Part shown: piece by piece, positions 1 through 9,072 of the stretch
Layout: the number at the start of each line of letters is the position of its first letter
Numbering within the stretch: position 1 is the stretch's first letter
Assembly (NCBI GenBank): GCA_947259875.1
Contig: CAMYNX010000071.1
Span: 1-54,289 of the forward strand
Direction: 5' to 3'
DNA: 54,289 nucleotides
Origin: an uncultured Gammaproteobacteria bacterium
GTDB taxonomy: Bacteria > Pseudomonadota > Gammaproteobacteria > Arenicellales > JAANXG01
Notes under the pieces: generated by a model
The model's input: only the letters and a program-made list of their open reading frames with translations
Databases searched by the model: none
What the model was told of the DNA's origin: nothing
Made by a program: the position numbers and the translations under genes

Positions 1-426
1 CACATCGTGGAGTATATGCCGGCGGGCGGCCGCACCTTCCGTAACAAGGCCTCAGTGAATGATTACAATCGATTTCTGATCGCACTATGGAACAAAGAGA
101 TTCCCGGCGCCGATGAAATCATGCGTCTGATGAGGCTACCCGGCCCCGACCGTATTTATACCGGCACCCCGAACATCCCGCCCGGTACCAAGGTCTACAA
201 CAAAACCGGGAGCACATCCCGGCTCTGCGGCGACATGGGCATCTTGGTCGTGAAAGGCAAGGACGGCAAACGCTATCCATACACGCTCGTTGGTGTCATC
301 GAGAAACGACGGGGTGCGCGAAATTATGCCTCTTGGATCCGCGCGCGCGCGAATGTGATCCGCAAAGTGTCCAGCCTTGTTTACCGAGGCATATCGCAGC
401 ACCACAATCTACACCCTTCTTTTTGA
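1..426 (+). CDS. Class A beta-lactamase-like serine hydrolase, C-terminal part (5'-truncated by window edge)
   Basis: Frame is open from position 1. Contains the KTG motif of penicillin-binding/serine hydrolases (YNKTGSTSRLCGDMGIL) followed by a beta-strand and terminal helix. Confidence 0.75.
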   Translation, partial: HIVEYMPAGGRTFRNKASVNDYNRFLIALWNKEIPGADEIMRLMRLPGPDRIYTGTPNIPPGTKVYNKTGSTSRLCGDMGILVVKGKDGKRYPYTLVGVIEKRRGARNYASWIRARANVIRKVSSLVYRGISQHHNLHPSF

Positions 427-482
427 ACCGGCGTGGAGAAACGAAAACCACAGTCTTAACTTGGCTGCGCCGATCATATTAA

Positions 483-640
483 ACCGTATATCGCACCAAG
501 GCGTCCCGCCTCTATACTTGCCAAGCAACCTGGGGACTCGGATGTCTACGTTTCAATGAACAAACGAAGCGGGTCTCTCCGGTCCAGACCACGAATAGAG
601 GCGGGCCTATCCCGCTGCTGGCTCGGTTTACTCGAACCCA
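483..640 (-). repeat. Partial copy of modular palindromic repeat (MITE/REP-like), reverse orientation
   Basis: ccgtatatcgcaccaaggcgtcccgc...aacctggggactcg and gcgggcctatcccgctgctggctcggttt match the reverse complement of 7005-7173. Internal stem cccgcctctat (505-515) / atagaggcggg (595-605). Confidence 0.7.
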
Positions 641-684
641 AAACGTTCCCAGTGGTGTTACGTACGCCGCACAATAAAAACGCT

Positions 685-2232
685 TCAATTCGTTGGTTCA
701 GGCCTTGGCATGTAGCGCTCGAGTACGTGCAGGCTGTCCGGCCTGGCAAGATAGGGGTCGTTACCGGTGTAGATCCCAATCCCTGGATATTCGGAGTAAT
801 ACGTCCAGTAGCTCCAGTGCAGGCCGGTGCTTTCCATAATATCGAGAATATCCTTCAGGTAATTATTGGCGCTGTCGGTGGTCGGGTTTGCGTGGGCGGT
901 GAACTCGCCCACATAGACCGGCACCCGGTGCCAAGACTTGAAACGCAACGCGTAGTCCATCCTTTCCCGAAGCGTCATCTTGTTGATCGACGCCAGCGTT
1001 TTACGCTTGTGCCACGAAAGCACAAAACGATTATCCCCTCGCGCGCGGTCTGTCTTGACCCATGCCGAGAGTGTATACGCTCCTGATTCCACTGCAATGG
1101 GGCTGCTGAGCATGGACCCCCGGGCCGCGCATTGCGAAAACACAATCGCATGCCGCCCGCTCCTTGCGCTGGTATCGTCCACCCGGCCGCAGGAACCACG
1201 CCGCTCCCAGCTGATCCCTGGATAATCGATCTCGAATGAGTTGTTTGCCACCAAAGGCGCGGGTAGGTCAACGGCCTGTCCATCGGCCTCGAGCACCACA
1301 TCATCGAACCACACGGTGCCGTGGGGCTCGTTGGATGACAGGATGACGCGCAAGATTTCGGCGCCTTCCGGTGGCGTCGCTTGAAACGTCAAACGCCGCC
1401 AGTCACCGCTTCCACTCAAACGTTCTGATTCCGCAACCCCAATCGCTTCCCCGCTGGTCACCATCTTCCCGGGATACCGCGTGATCGGACGTTGTCGCGT
1501 CGTCGTATAGAACGTGAACTGAGGCGGGTAGAAAAAATGAATGCTGTAGAAGACATTATCATCTTCTATGGGGAGCAGCTGCTTGCTGCGATCGGGTAAC
1601 ACCGCCTCTTCGACGATCACGATATGATTGCCATCGTGCGCGCGTATCTTACGCACAGCGGTGTTTATAACCTTCAAGTATTGCATCACATCAGGCGCCG
1701 TCCCCTCATTGAGCAGGTCGTATCCGGCGATTATTTTCCGCTGCGCGTAGCGTTTAGCGATCGTCGTCCACAATGCGTAGAACCGTTCCTGGTACCGAGT
1801 CTCGCTCCAGAATTGATACGACTGTTCCCGGTGAACAACGAAGTCGTGTGGATTCTGTATGCCCGGAGCAAGGTGCATGTCTAGGATCAGATATACCTTG
1901 TACTTCTCACACCACGCAATGATCGCATCGAGGAGTGAAAAGCCCGCCTCGTCGTACTCGAAAGGCGATGATTCCAGTTGGCGATATTCGAGCACCAGCC
2001 GGATGCTGTTCGCGCCCGTATCCGCAATACGTTTTATGTCGGCCTCCCCGAGCGTCTCCTTGAAATCCTTTAAGGAGATGTTGAAGCCTTTTAAGACCAG
2101 AGGTTCGCCGGCGCCATCAAGCACCTTCACGCCGCTTACTCTGACAAAGCCGGGGGTGCCACCGCTTTTGCTTTCGGTGAATGATGCGAGCAACAAAACA
2201 GAAACAAAAGCGAGCGCCGCAAGCGGGCGCAT
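685..2232 (-). CDS. Secreted glycoside hydrolase family 5 (cellulase family) with inserted CBM4/16-like beta-sandwich
   Basis: Signal peptide MRPLAALAFVSVLLLAS (ATG 2232; the ORF extends to 2271). GH5 motifs ILDMH, DLLNEG (acid/base Glu), YSIHF, PVYVGEF (nucleophile Glu), WSYW. Confidence 0.85.
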   Translation of the reverse strand: MRPLAALAFVSVLLLASFTESKSGGTPGFVRVSGVKVLDGAGEPLVLKGFNISLKDFKETLGEADIKRIADTGANSIRLVLEYRQLESSPFEYDEAGFSLLDAIIAWCEKYKVYLILDMHLAPGIQNPHDFVVHREQSYQFWSETRYQERFYALWTTIAKRYAQRKIIAGYDLLNEGTAPDVMQYLKVINTAVRKIRAHDGNHIVIVEEAVLPDRSKQLLPIEDDNVFYSIHFFYPPQFTFYTTTRQRPITRYPGKMVTSGEAIGVAESERLSGSGDWRRLTFQATPPEGAEILRVILSSNEPHGTVWFDDVVLEADGQAVDLPAPLVANNSFEIDYPGISWERRGSCGRVDDTSARSGRHAIVFSQCAARGSMLSSPIAVESGAYTLSAWVKTDRARGDNRFVLSWHKRKTLASINKMTLRERMDYALRFKSWHRVPVYVGEFTAHANPTTDSANNYLKDILDIMESTGLHWSYWTYYSEYPGIGIYTGNDPYLARPDSLHVLERYMPRPEPTN

Positions 2233-2497
2233 GTTCGATCTGCTGCGCAACGTGCTGTCGCGTTCTCCCAATTCATTGCCTCATCAACGTGGAAAAGACT
2301 CGACCAGAACCAGGTATTGCTTGCGAATAAGCCCTTCGACTACCACACACTGCGTGTATAGCTTGAGCGTACCCGGTACACACCAGCCACCGACCTTTCC
2401 CGTCACCCTCTGACGGCACGCCGGTAACCTCCCCAAGTAGACTTGCAAACGCTTTGTGGCCTACGCCGACCACTCGAGCTTGCGCAGGTAGCTACAT

Positions 2498-2538
2498 GTC
2501 AGGAAACCGTGTTCGCCTCAGCGAACGGTTTCTTTGAC
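2498..2538. repeat. REP-like intergenic hairpin
   Basis: gtcaggaaaccg-tg-ttcgc-ctca-gcgaa-cggtttc-tttgac forms a long imperfect stem downstream of the HU gene. Confidence 0.45.
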
Positions 2539-2637
2539 CCCTATGAACGACACCGGAATCGCTAACGGAGCAAACACACGCTTTCGCGCGATCTCCCCCG
2601 CCGCGATAACCAGTCGCCTCGGCGAGATAACTCTGAG

Positions 2638-2977
2638 CTACTTTTCGACCCGATCTTTGAGCCCCTTGCCCGCCTTGAAAAAAGGGTATGTCTTGGCCGC
2701 TATGGTAATCGTTGCGCCGGTGGCCGGATTACGCCCTTGGCGTGCAGCGCGGTTCTTGGTACCGAAGGTACCGATTACGCCCTTGGCGTGCAGCGCGGTT
2801 CTTGGTACCGAAGGTACCAAATCCGGCGATCTGCACCTTGCGGCTGGCATCGAGTTCGGTGGCAATCACACCTGTACCTGGCTTGGTGTCGAAGATACAA
2901 CTTATGATCTCTTGGGCCTTGGCCTGGGACAGATCACATTTGTTGGCGAGTTTTTCGGCCATCTCATTTTTGTTCAT
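2638..2977 (-). pseudogene. hupB: DNA-binding protein HU, frameshifted by a 46-bp tandem duplication
   Basis: ORFs 2729..2977 and 2638..2865 are the two halves. Removing one repeat unit gives a 97-aa HU: MNKNEMAEKLA...[50 protein letters not shown]. Confidence 0.85.
2727..2818. repeat. Perfect 2 x 46-bp tandem duplication
   Basis: gattacgcccttggcgtgcagcgcggttcttggtaccgaaggtacc at 2727-2772 and 2773-2818. Confidence 0.97.
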
Positions 2978-3386
2978 TGGTGCTCCTTAACTATCGTGTT
3001 TCGAGGGCTTGATCGACAGGAGGCGCCCTCTTAGTTATTTACATTGATGTCGGATGTGTGCACGCGTCTAACGCCCGCTAACCGGCTGTATAAACCATGA
3101 GCCCCTTTGGTGGCAAGCGATAAAGCCATTCCAGCATGAGATTGGGTGCCATTCCCATGCAATTTACTGGGTTTCAGGGGAATGTTTCACCGCTGTTGCA
3201 CCGCGACAGTGCGGTTTCCCCCATATACTGCGTGGTAGAACTAACCGCGCACCGACTGCTGCATCAATCGACTGATGCCGAACACCGCAAGCAGTACAAG
3301 TCTCGGTGTGGACTCCGCGTCGGAATACTGGACATGCATTACGTGGCATAATCCGGCTAGGCATAATAATAAATCTAAACTCATCA

Positions 3387-4355
3387 ATGCGCGTCACCCA
3401 CAGCTTTGAATGCATGTCCGGTCGTCCTGCAACGTTTGCAGTTTTGTTGGGGTTGCTCATGGCAACCGGCATCGTAGAAGCCAAACAAGCTGCAACTGGT
3501 GACGGCGCGCGCGTAGAGAATTTTCGGTCGGGCTGGTCAACATCATTGCAAGGTGGGTTCGCCCGTCAATTTGACGCCGATATGAACGGCGGGGGCTCAT
3601 TCAGCGTCAAGCGTTTCTTCATTCAAGGTGGCGCGGCCTATTCTCCGAAACCAGGCCGAAGCGTGACGATCTCGGTCGGTTATGGCCGCGACAGTTATGA
3701 TTTTTCGGGGGCGACCGGTTTGGCCGGTCTCGCGCCGTGGAACGACATTGACACACTGCGATTCGGTTTGCCGGTGCGTTGTCGCTTCGATGACAAACTT
3801 ACGTTGTTCTTATTGCCCACGCTTCGTTTTGCCGCAGAGAGCAGCGCCAGTCTCGACGATGGCGTCAGCGGCGGCGCTCTGGGCGGGGTTAGCTACCGCG
3901 TCAGCGATCGCCTGAGCATCGGACCCGGTGTTGGGGTGTTGACGCGTATCGAAGATAGCACCGATGTATTTCCGATCTTGTTGATCAACTGGAAGATCAC
4001 CGATCGGCTCAGTCTGGAAACCGGCCGCGGTTTGGCGGCGACAGTGGGCCCCGGGCTTACGCTCAACTGGCGGACCAACAGTAAATGGAAATTTCTTGCG
4101 GGCGCCCGCTACGAAAAACTTCGTTTTCGCCTTGACGAGGACGGACCTGCGCCGCGGGGTGTCGGTGAGGACCGTTCGATCCCACTTTTCCTGGGCGCGA
4201 TTTATCGCTTCAATCCCACGGTTGAATTGACCATCCTGGGTGGTTTGGAGCTGGATGGGGAACTTCGCCTCAACGATGAAAACGGTGATCGGATCATACA
4301 AGACGACCACGACGACGTGGCATTTCTCGCGTTCAGTTTCCGTGCCCGACTCTAG
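3387..4355 (+). CDS. Outer-membrane beta-barrel protein (DUF6268-like)
   Basis: Signal peptide-like segment (PATFAVLLGLLMATGIVEA), alternating amphipathic strands, FPILLINW motif, C-terminal AFSFRARL. Start may be 3387 or 3414. Confidence 0.7.
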   Translation: MRVTHSFECMSGRPATFAVLLGLLMATGIVEAKQAATGDGARVENFRSGWSTSLQGGFARQFDADMNGGGSFSVKRFFIQGGAAYSPKPGRSVTISVGYGRDSYDFSGATGLAGLAPWNDIDTLRFGLPVRCRFDDKLTLFLLPTLRFAAESSASLDDGVSGGALGGVSYRVSDRLSIGPGVGVLTRIEDSTDVFPILLINWKITDRLSLETGRGLAATVGPGLTLNWRTNSKWKFLAGARYEKLRFRLDEDGPAPRGVGEDRSIPLFLGAIYRFNPTVELTILGGLELDGELRLNDENGDRIIQDDHDDVAFLAFSFRARL

Positions 4356-4524
4356 CCCGCCAATGCAAAGTTGGTGATTACGCAACAAGACATTTATATC
4401 GCGTATGTGTCCACCAGGCTGTTAGCAAGCATTTCGCGTCCGGTAACGTCAATTCGTACGTTTTGATGCCCGTTCACAAGAAGTGACGGTTAGAGGCGAA
4501 AGTAAGAAGTAAAATGTCTGCTTT

Positions 4525-4926
4525 TTAGTCAACGTCAAAACCACGCATCACCATGTCGGCATAGCTGATCAGCCCGACCAATTTTCCGTGATCGATTACC
4601 GGCGCTAGCGTCAGACCGAACTTGTCGAAAAGCCGCGCGCAGTAGCGAATATCCATGTCCGGGTCCACCGAGATGACGGGTTTCGACATGATCTCGTAGA
4701 TATTGACGCGTTTCGGCGAACGATCCTGAGCGAGGACCTGACGGGCCATGTCCGATAATAATACGATGCCGTATTCGTCGTCCTCGCTGCGCTTGTCGAC
4801 CAACAGGGCCTCGGCACCTTGTTGCTTCATGGTCTGCAGCGCATCATGAACGGTCGTCAAGCCGTCTACGGTTTGAAACTTGCCGGTCATTACGTCGCGT
4901 ACTCGAATAATGCCTCGATCTTTCAT
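4525..4926 (-). CDS. CBS domain-containing protein
   Basis: Tandem CBS motifs (VRDVM..., IYEIMSKPVISVDPDMDIRYCARLF, LVGLIS). Confidence 0.9.
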   Translation of the reverse strand: MKDRGIIRVRDVMTGKFQTVDGLTTVHDALQTMKQQGAEALLVDKRSEDDEYGIVLLSDMARQVLAQDRSPKRVNIYEIMSKPVISVDPDMDIRYCARLFDKFGLTLAPVIDHGKLVGLISYADMVMRGFDVD

Positions 4927-5273
4927 AACTGATCCTCAACGATCTCTGTGAGTTGTTCAACTTGATGGGCGATGCCCACGGCATCTTCGACATCGATTTG
5001 AAACGCGATGCCGGCTCCCGGCTGGCGATCGAACTCGCCGATCTCCGCGATCTGCTCGAGTATGTTACGGCTTAGATGTTCTTCGACAAGAAACAATAGC
5101 ATGTTCCGTTGGGTCTCGAGACTCAGGCCGAGAAACGTTTTGGCTACCTCCAGGCCTTCACCGCGAGCCTGATTGAGCACCGTGGCGCCGGTGGCGCCCG
5201 CCTTACGCGCGGCTTTCATGACCGATTCGGTCTTGTCGTCGTCCACGAGTGCGATGAGTAACTTGAAATGCAT
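4923..5273 (-). CDS. P-II family (PII-like) regulator
   Basis: 116 aa with AARKAGATGATVLNQARGEG and PGAGIAFQIDVEDAVG. Overlaps the CBS gene by 4 bp. Confidence 0.9.
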   Translation of the reverse strand: MHFKLLIALVDDDKTESVMKAARKAGATGATVLNQARGEGLEVAKTFLGLSLETQRNMLLFLVEEHLSRNILEQIAEIGEFDRQPGAGIAFQIDVEDAVGIAHQVEQLTEIVEDQL

Positions 5274-5301
5274 GATGATTTACCTCTCGTAGTTGTGAGC
5301 T

Positions 5302-6105
5302 TTAGTTGTCGTCGTCCTTCGCGCTTGCCTGCCGCTGTTTTCGCCGCAGCGACCACCAGTCACTGAGCTGGGCGTAACCCATCACTGTGATGATCGGAAA
5401 CAAGCTCGCGAATGCGATCAGCCCGAATCCGTCAATCAACACATTGCGTCCGGGCACCGTGCTCGCAAGGCCCAGTCCGAGGGCGGCGACCAGCGGCACG
5501 GTCACCGTGGAGGTAGTCACTCCTCCTGAATCATAGGCGAGTGGAATGATCGCGCGCGGTGCAAACACCGTCTGAATTACCACGATCACATACCCGGCGA
5601 TGATGTAGTAGTGAAGGGGTGTACCGGTCACGATGCGATAAGTGCCAAGCGTGATGCCGATGGCCACCCCCAACGCCACGGCCACCCGCAGCCCCCACAC
5701 CCTGACGGTACCACCGGAGACACTTTGCGCCTTGACCGCCACCGCGATAAGCGCCGGCTCGGCGAGGGTGGTGGCAAACCCTAACGCCGCGGCGAAAACA
5801 TATACCCAACCATAGTCTTGCCAGCGCACCAGTCCTGAAGCCGACACTGGGTCGCCCCCGAGAAAGGTCGGGCTCGTTAATTGGTATGCCATTAATTTCC
5901 CAAGCGGAAACAAAGCGCGTTCCAGACCCGCTAAAAACAAGGTGAGGCCGATCAACACATACACGAATCCGATGAGCGATTTCCCAAGGTTTGGAATTGG
6001 CCGCCGCAGCACCAGGACCTGGAACCCGATCACCACCGCAACGATGGGGAACACATCGTGCAGCGTTGAATACAATGTGTGCGCGAGTCCGGTGAAAAGA
6101 TCCAT
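5302..6105 (-). CDS. DUF1538 family membrane protein
   Basis: Hydrophobic, with signature motifs [22 protein letters not shown] and [13 protein letters not shown]. Confidence 0.9.
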   Translation of the reverse strand: MDLFTGLAHTLYSTLHDVFPIVAVVIGFQVLVLRRPIPNLGKSLIGFVYVLIGLTLFLAGLERALFPLGKLMAYQLTSPTFLGGDPVSASGLVRWQDYGWVYVFAAALGFATTLAEPALIAVAVKAQSVSGGTVRVWGLRVAVALGVAIGITLGTYRIVTGTPLHYYIIAGYVIVVIQTVFAPRAIIPLAYDSGGVTTSTVTVPLVAALGLGLASTVPGRNVLIDGFGLIAFASLFPIITVMGYAQLSDWWSLRRKQRQASAKDDDN

Positions 6106-6818
6106 TAGATGAGCATCCCGTAGATCATCACGAATATCATCGGCGTCAACGATGCAAAGGCAATGAGTCCAAATCCGTCCACCAATGGATTTCGTCCGCG
6201 AATACTCGTGGCGAGGCCAACACCCAGTGCGGTTACCATCGGCACCGTGACCGTAGAGGTGGTGACACCCCCCGAGTCATAGGCGATGCCGATGATCTCC
6301 GGGGGAGCGAAAATAGTAATGACCACCACGCCAATGTACCCACCAATAATGAGGTAGTGGAGCGGCCATCCCTTGAGAATTCGGAACACGCCGACAACAA
6401 TGGCAACGCCGACAGAGAAAGCCACCGTCACCCGCAAACCTCTGGCATAGTTGCGCATCGACGCTTCGTTTGACTCTATTGCACCGGCCTGCGCGGCCAC
6501 TTTGGCCGCTTCGTCGGCGATCGCAATGAGCGCCGGCTCGGCAATCGTGGTGCCAAAGCCAAGGGCGAACGCGAATATCAGCAACCACACCAAACTCCCC
6601 TTGCGCGCAAATCCGTGCGCGATTGCCTCGCCGATGGGAAACAAACCTTGCTCCAAACCCCGGGTGAAGAAGGTTAGCCCGAGCACGACGAACACGACAC
6701 CGACAAGAAGATCGTCCACGTTGGGAAATGGCTGCCGCAATACCGCGAACTGGAAGAATGCAATGACGAATACGATGGGAAGCAGATCGCGAATACTCGA
6801 CCGAATAAAAGACAGCAT
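6105..6818 (-). CDS. DUF1538 family membrane protein
   Basis: Paralogue of the adjacent gene: [35 protein letters not shown]. Confidence 0.9.
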   Translation of the reverse strand: MLSFIRSSIRDLLPIVFVIAFFQFAVLRQPFPNVDDLLVGVVFVVLGLTFFTRGLEQGLFPIGEAIAHGFARKGSLVWLLIFAFALGFGTTIAEPALIAIADEAAKVAAQAGAIESNEASMRNYARGLRVTVAFSVGVAIVVGVFRILKGWPLHYLIIGGYIGVVVITIFAPPEIIGIAYDSGGVTTSTVTVPMVTALGVGLATSIRGRNPLVDGFGLIAFASLTPMIFVMIYGMLI

Positions 6819-6854
6819 CAGTTAGCCTGGGTCCTGGGTGTTATCACTATCTTT

Positions 6855-7173
6855 AGCCCGTATATTGCACCAAGGATCCCGGATGATGGCGACGGGATTT
6901 GTGCTGCGCGAAGTTCCCCTGCGGTGCGGGGACGAGCCCCCTGCGGTGCGGGGACGAGCGCCGTGCTGGAGCGACATGCATAGCCGTAGCTACGGGTTGA
7001 GTGAAGCACAAGTTCAGGCGCTCGAAACCGAGCCAGCGCCGGGATAGTCCCGCGACTATTCATGGTGCCCAACTAAGAGCTCCGCGGTGTGACTTCCATG
7101 AATTGGCAACATACGAGTCTCCAGGTTATTCAGGGGGAATAATTGCGGGACGCCTTGGTGCAATATACGGGCT
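6855..7173. mobile_element. Non-autonomous palindromic element (MITE/REP-like), most complete copy
   Basis: Perfect 21-bp terminal inverted repeats agcccgtatattgcaccaagg (6855-6875) / ccttggtgcaatatacgggct (7153-7173), with nested internal stems. Homologues elsewhere in the window. Confidence 0.75.
6916..6959. repeat. 2 x 22-bp tandem duplication inside the element
   Basis: cccctgcggtgcggggacgagc at 6916-6937 and 6938-6959. Confidence 0.95.
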
Positions 7174-7463
7174 GATATCTCCACGGTTGACGCAGTCTAC
7201 CATCGACATGTTCGGTTCAGATCTGCGCGATACGTCAACCGCGATTATGGACGATAATCACGATTTGATCGAAGATCGAGGTCAAGCATTCGCGCTGATT
7301 TCGCAACCGTCACCATTGTCTTGCGCGGTATGAACTGCGCATGAATATGCAAAATCCAGTGGCGAGGGGAGTCTACATACCGTAAAGCGCGTCTCCTTGG
7401 AGATGTAGAAATTACTCCTCGATCCTTCAGCTCCCCCTTTTGTCGATATGACTGCGCGTAAGT

Positions 7464-7505
7464 TTGATTTGCGTCAAAGCCGGATTCTTACACAAGTGAT
7501 ATTAA
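7464..7505 (+). promoter_or_regulatory. FNR-type box with class II promoter geometry
   Basis: TTGAT-TTGC-GTCAA (7464-7477; 9/10 to TTGAT-N4-ATCAA) and a TATTAA -10 candidate at 7500-7505, which places the box near -41.5. Confidence 0.55.
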
Positions 7506-7654
7506 AGTATGGTGCGCACGATGTATGTGCGCGCGTTGGACCCAGTGTAAACGCGTCGGCTTGCCGAAGGCCGGGCGTGTTGAAATGTACTCGCCGTGTG
7601 CATACGGCAACGGGTTAGATCAACACAAAACTCTCCGCGGGCGAAGACGATAAC

Positions 7655-8119
7655 ATGACCAGAATTCATTCGGATACAGAGTTTAAGGCGGCCCTCTACG
7701 AGCTGTCGTTAGCGCAGCAAAGACAGGTCGCGAAGCGCTTTATCGATCACGTCATCGAGCTTTCAGATAACCCCAGGGTGACAAAGGCAGTGACGTTCGT
7801 TGCCACAAGCGGACTGCCGGCGGCGGCGGAGATTGCCGATGGCTATAAAGCGGCCAAGGCGGCGGCAATAGACAGCTATACCTTGTGTGGGCATGAAGGA
7901 GACTGGCGCCGGCAGGCCAGTCATTTCGTGGCCGCGGCGGCGGCTGCCTGCCTGACACCCGAACCGCAAGCAGGATCAGATGGGAGCGTCGCATGGAGTA
8001 CGGCGATGAACGCACGCATGGCGCGGGTGTGTGCAAAGATTGCCGACGGGATAGGCGCGGATGACACCGAGGCAAGAAAACAATACGAGATACTGGAGGC
8101 GTTTTTGGCAGCCGGCTGA
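7655..8119 (+). CDS. Hypothetical alpha-helical, Ala-rich protein
   Basis: 154-aa ORF with protein-like composition, downstream of the FNR-like promoter and convergent with the otr operon. Confidence 0.75.
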   Translation: MTRIHSDTEFKAALYELSLAQQRQVAKRFIDHVIELSDNPRVTKAVTFVATSGLPAAAEIADGYKAAKAAAIDSYTLCGHEGDWRRQASHFVAAAAAACLTPEPQAGSDGSVAWSTAMNARMARVCAKIADGIGADDTEARKQYEILEAFLAAG

Positions 8120-8138
8120 TTCCAGGCCGGGCGGCCAC

Positions 8139-9044
8139 CTAAGGGGAGGTCCGGCGCGCTGCGTCCTCGAAGAAAGCCAAGTACTCGGTCCAGTCGGTGA
8201 TCGGGCCGCGGTGGGAAAAGATGACCACCCCGTTGCGGTCGATGACGTAACTGGACGGAAACACGCGCGCAATGTCCCGGTCTGGAATGTTAGTGTTCCC
8301 GGCGGCGGTGAGGTTATGGTCTTGTGCTCCGCGTGATCCTGAGTCGAATAACGGCAACGTCTCGATGCCCTGTTGCGTGAGCCAATCTCGGGCCTGTTCG
8401 ACAGGTTCCCGCATCTGCAACAACACCACGGCGACATCGGCAGGCAGCCGTTCACGCAAAATGCGGTAAAAGCCATACAGCGACGGCAACTCGCGTGCAC
8501 ACGGCGGACACCAAGAGCCCCAAAAATGCAACAGCGCCAGTTTGCCGCGCAGCCGTGCTACCGAATGTGTCTCCCCTTGAGGGTTCGTGAACTCCAGGCT
8601 AGGAAAACGCTGTCCCACCGCGGTGCCTACCTTAGCGCCGGCTGCCTGTTCAGCGCTCGCGTACGGACCCCAAAGCCGTGACCATTGTTGCCGCGAGAAA
8701 GTCACGCGGTCATCGACTGCATACACCACACAGCGCTGACGTGTACGCTTGCCGCATTCAACCAGCGCAGATTGTTCGGCTTCCTCGGCGCTGTCCTGTC
8801 CCGATGTCCACGCCCACGCACCCCCCGGTGCAATGGCGAACGCGCGGTGACCTTCGGCGTTTAGGAACAGCTGATAGTAGCTGTCCTGCGCCTTGGTGCC
8901 GACTTGCGGGATCGCGCCGGCATCGTATAGATCGGCAGCAATCGTCATCGCGGGAACTGCCAGCACAGCAGCACCGGCCGCGAGCCAACGCATCGTCCGC
9001 GCAGCGAGGCGCTGCCAGAGCACAGGCCGCAGGCGAATAGTCAT
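8139..9044 (-). CDS. TlpA/ResA-family thiol-disulfide oxidoreductase with an extra N-terminal domain
   Basis: Signal peptide. LHFWGSWCPPCARELP active site and cis-Pro segment VFPSSYVIDRNG. N-terminal HRAFAIAPGGAW...C...C..YAV domain. Confidence 0.85.
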   Translation of the reverse strand: MTIRLRPVLWQRLAARTMRWLAAGAAVLAVPAMTIAADLYDAGAIPQVGTKAQDSYYQLFLNAEGHRAFAIAPGGAWAWTSGQDSAEEAEQSALVECGKRTRQRCVVYAVDDRVTFSRQQWSRLWGPYASAEQAAGAKVGTAVGQRFPSLEFTNPQGETHSVARLRGKLALLHFWGSWCPPCARELPSLYGFYRILRERLPADVAVVLLQMREPVEQARDWLTQQGIETLPLFDSGSRGAQDHNLTAAGNTNIPDRDIARVFPSSYVIDRNGVVIFSHRGPITDWTEYLAFFEDAARRTSP

Positions 9045-9072
9045 TGCGCTTCCCTCGAATTCCTCCCGGCGT

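Noticed and set aside
1-426. Antibiotic-resistance beta-lactamase
   Set aside because: Only the KTG region is visible. SxxK, SDN and omega-loop residues lie outside the window, so activity cannot be claimed.
2727-2818. 46-bp and 22-bp (6916-6959) direct repeats as a CRISPR array
   Set aside because: Only two adjacent units each, with no spacers and no cas genes.
6818-7333. ORFs 6818..7072, 6838..7047, 7001..7333 and 34961..35276
   Set aside because: They are translations of the palindromic repeat, with no RBS or protein-like features.
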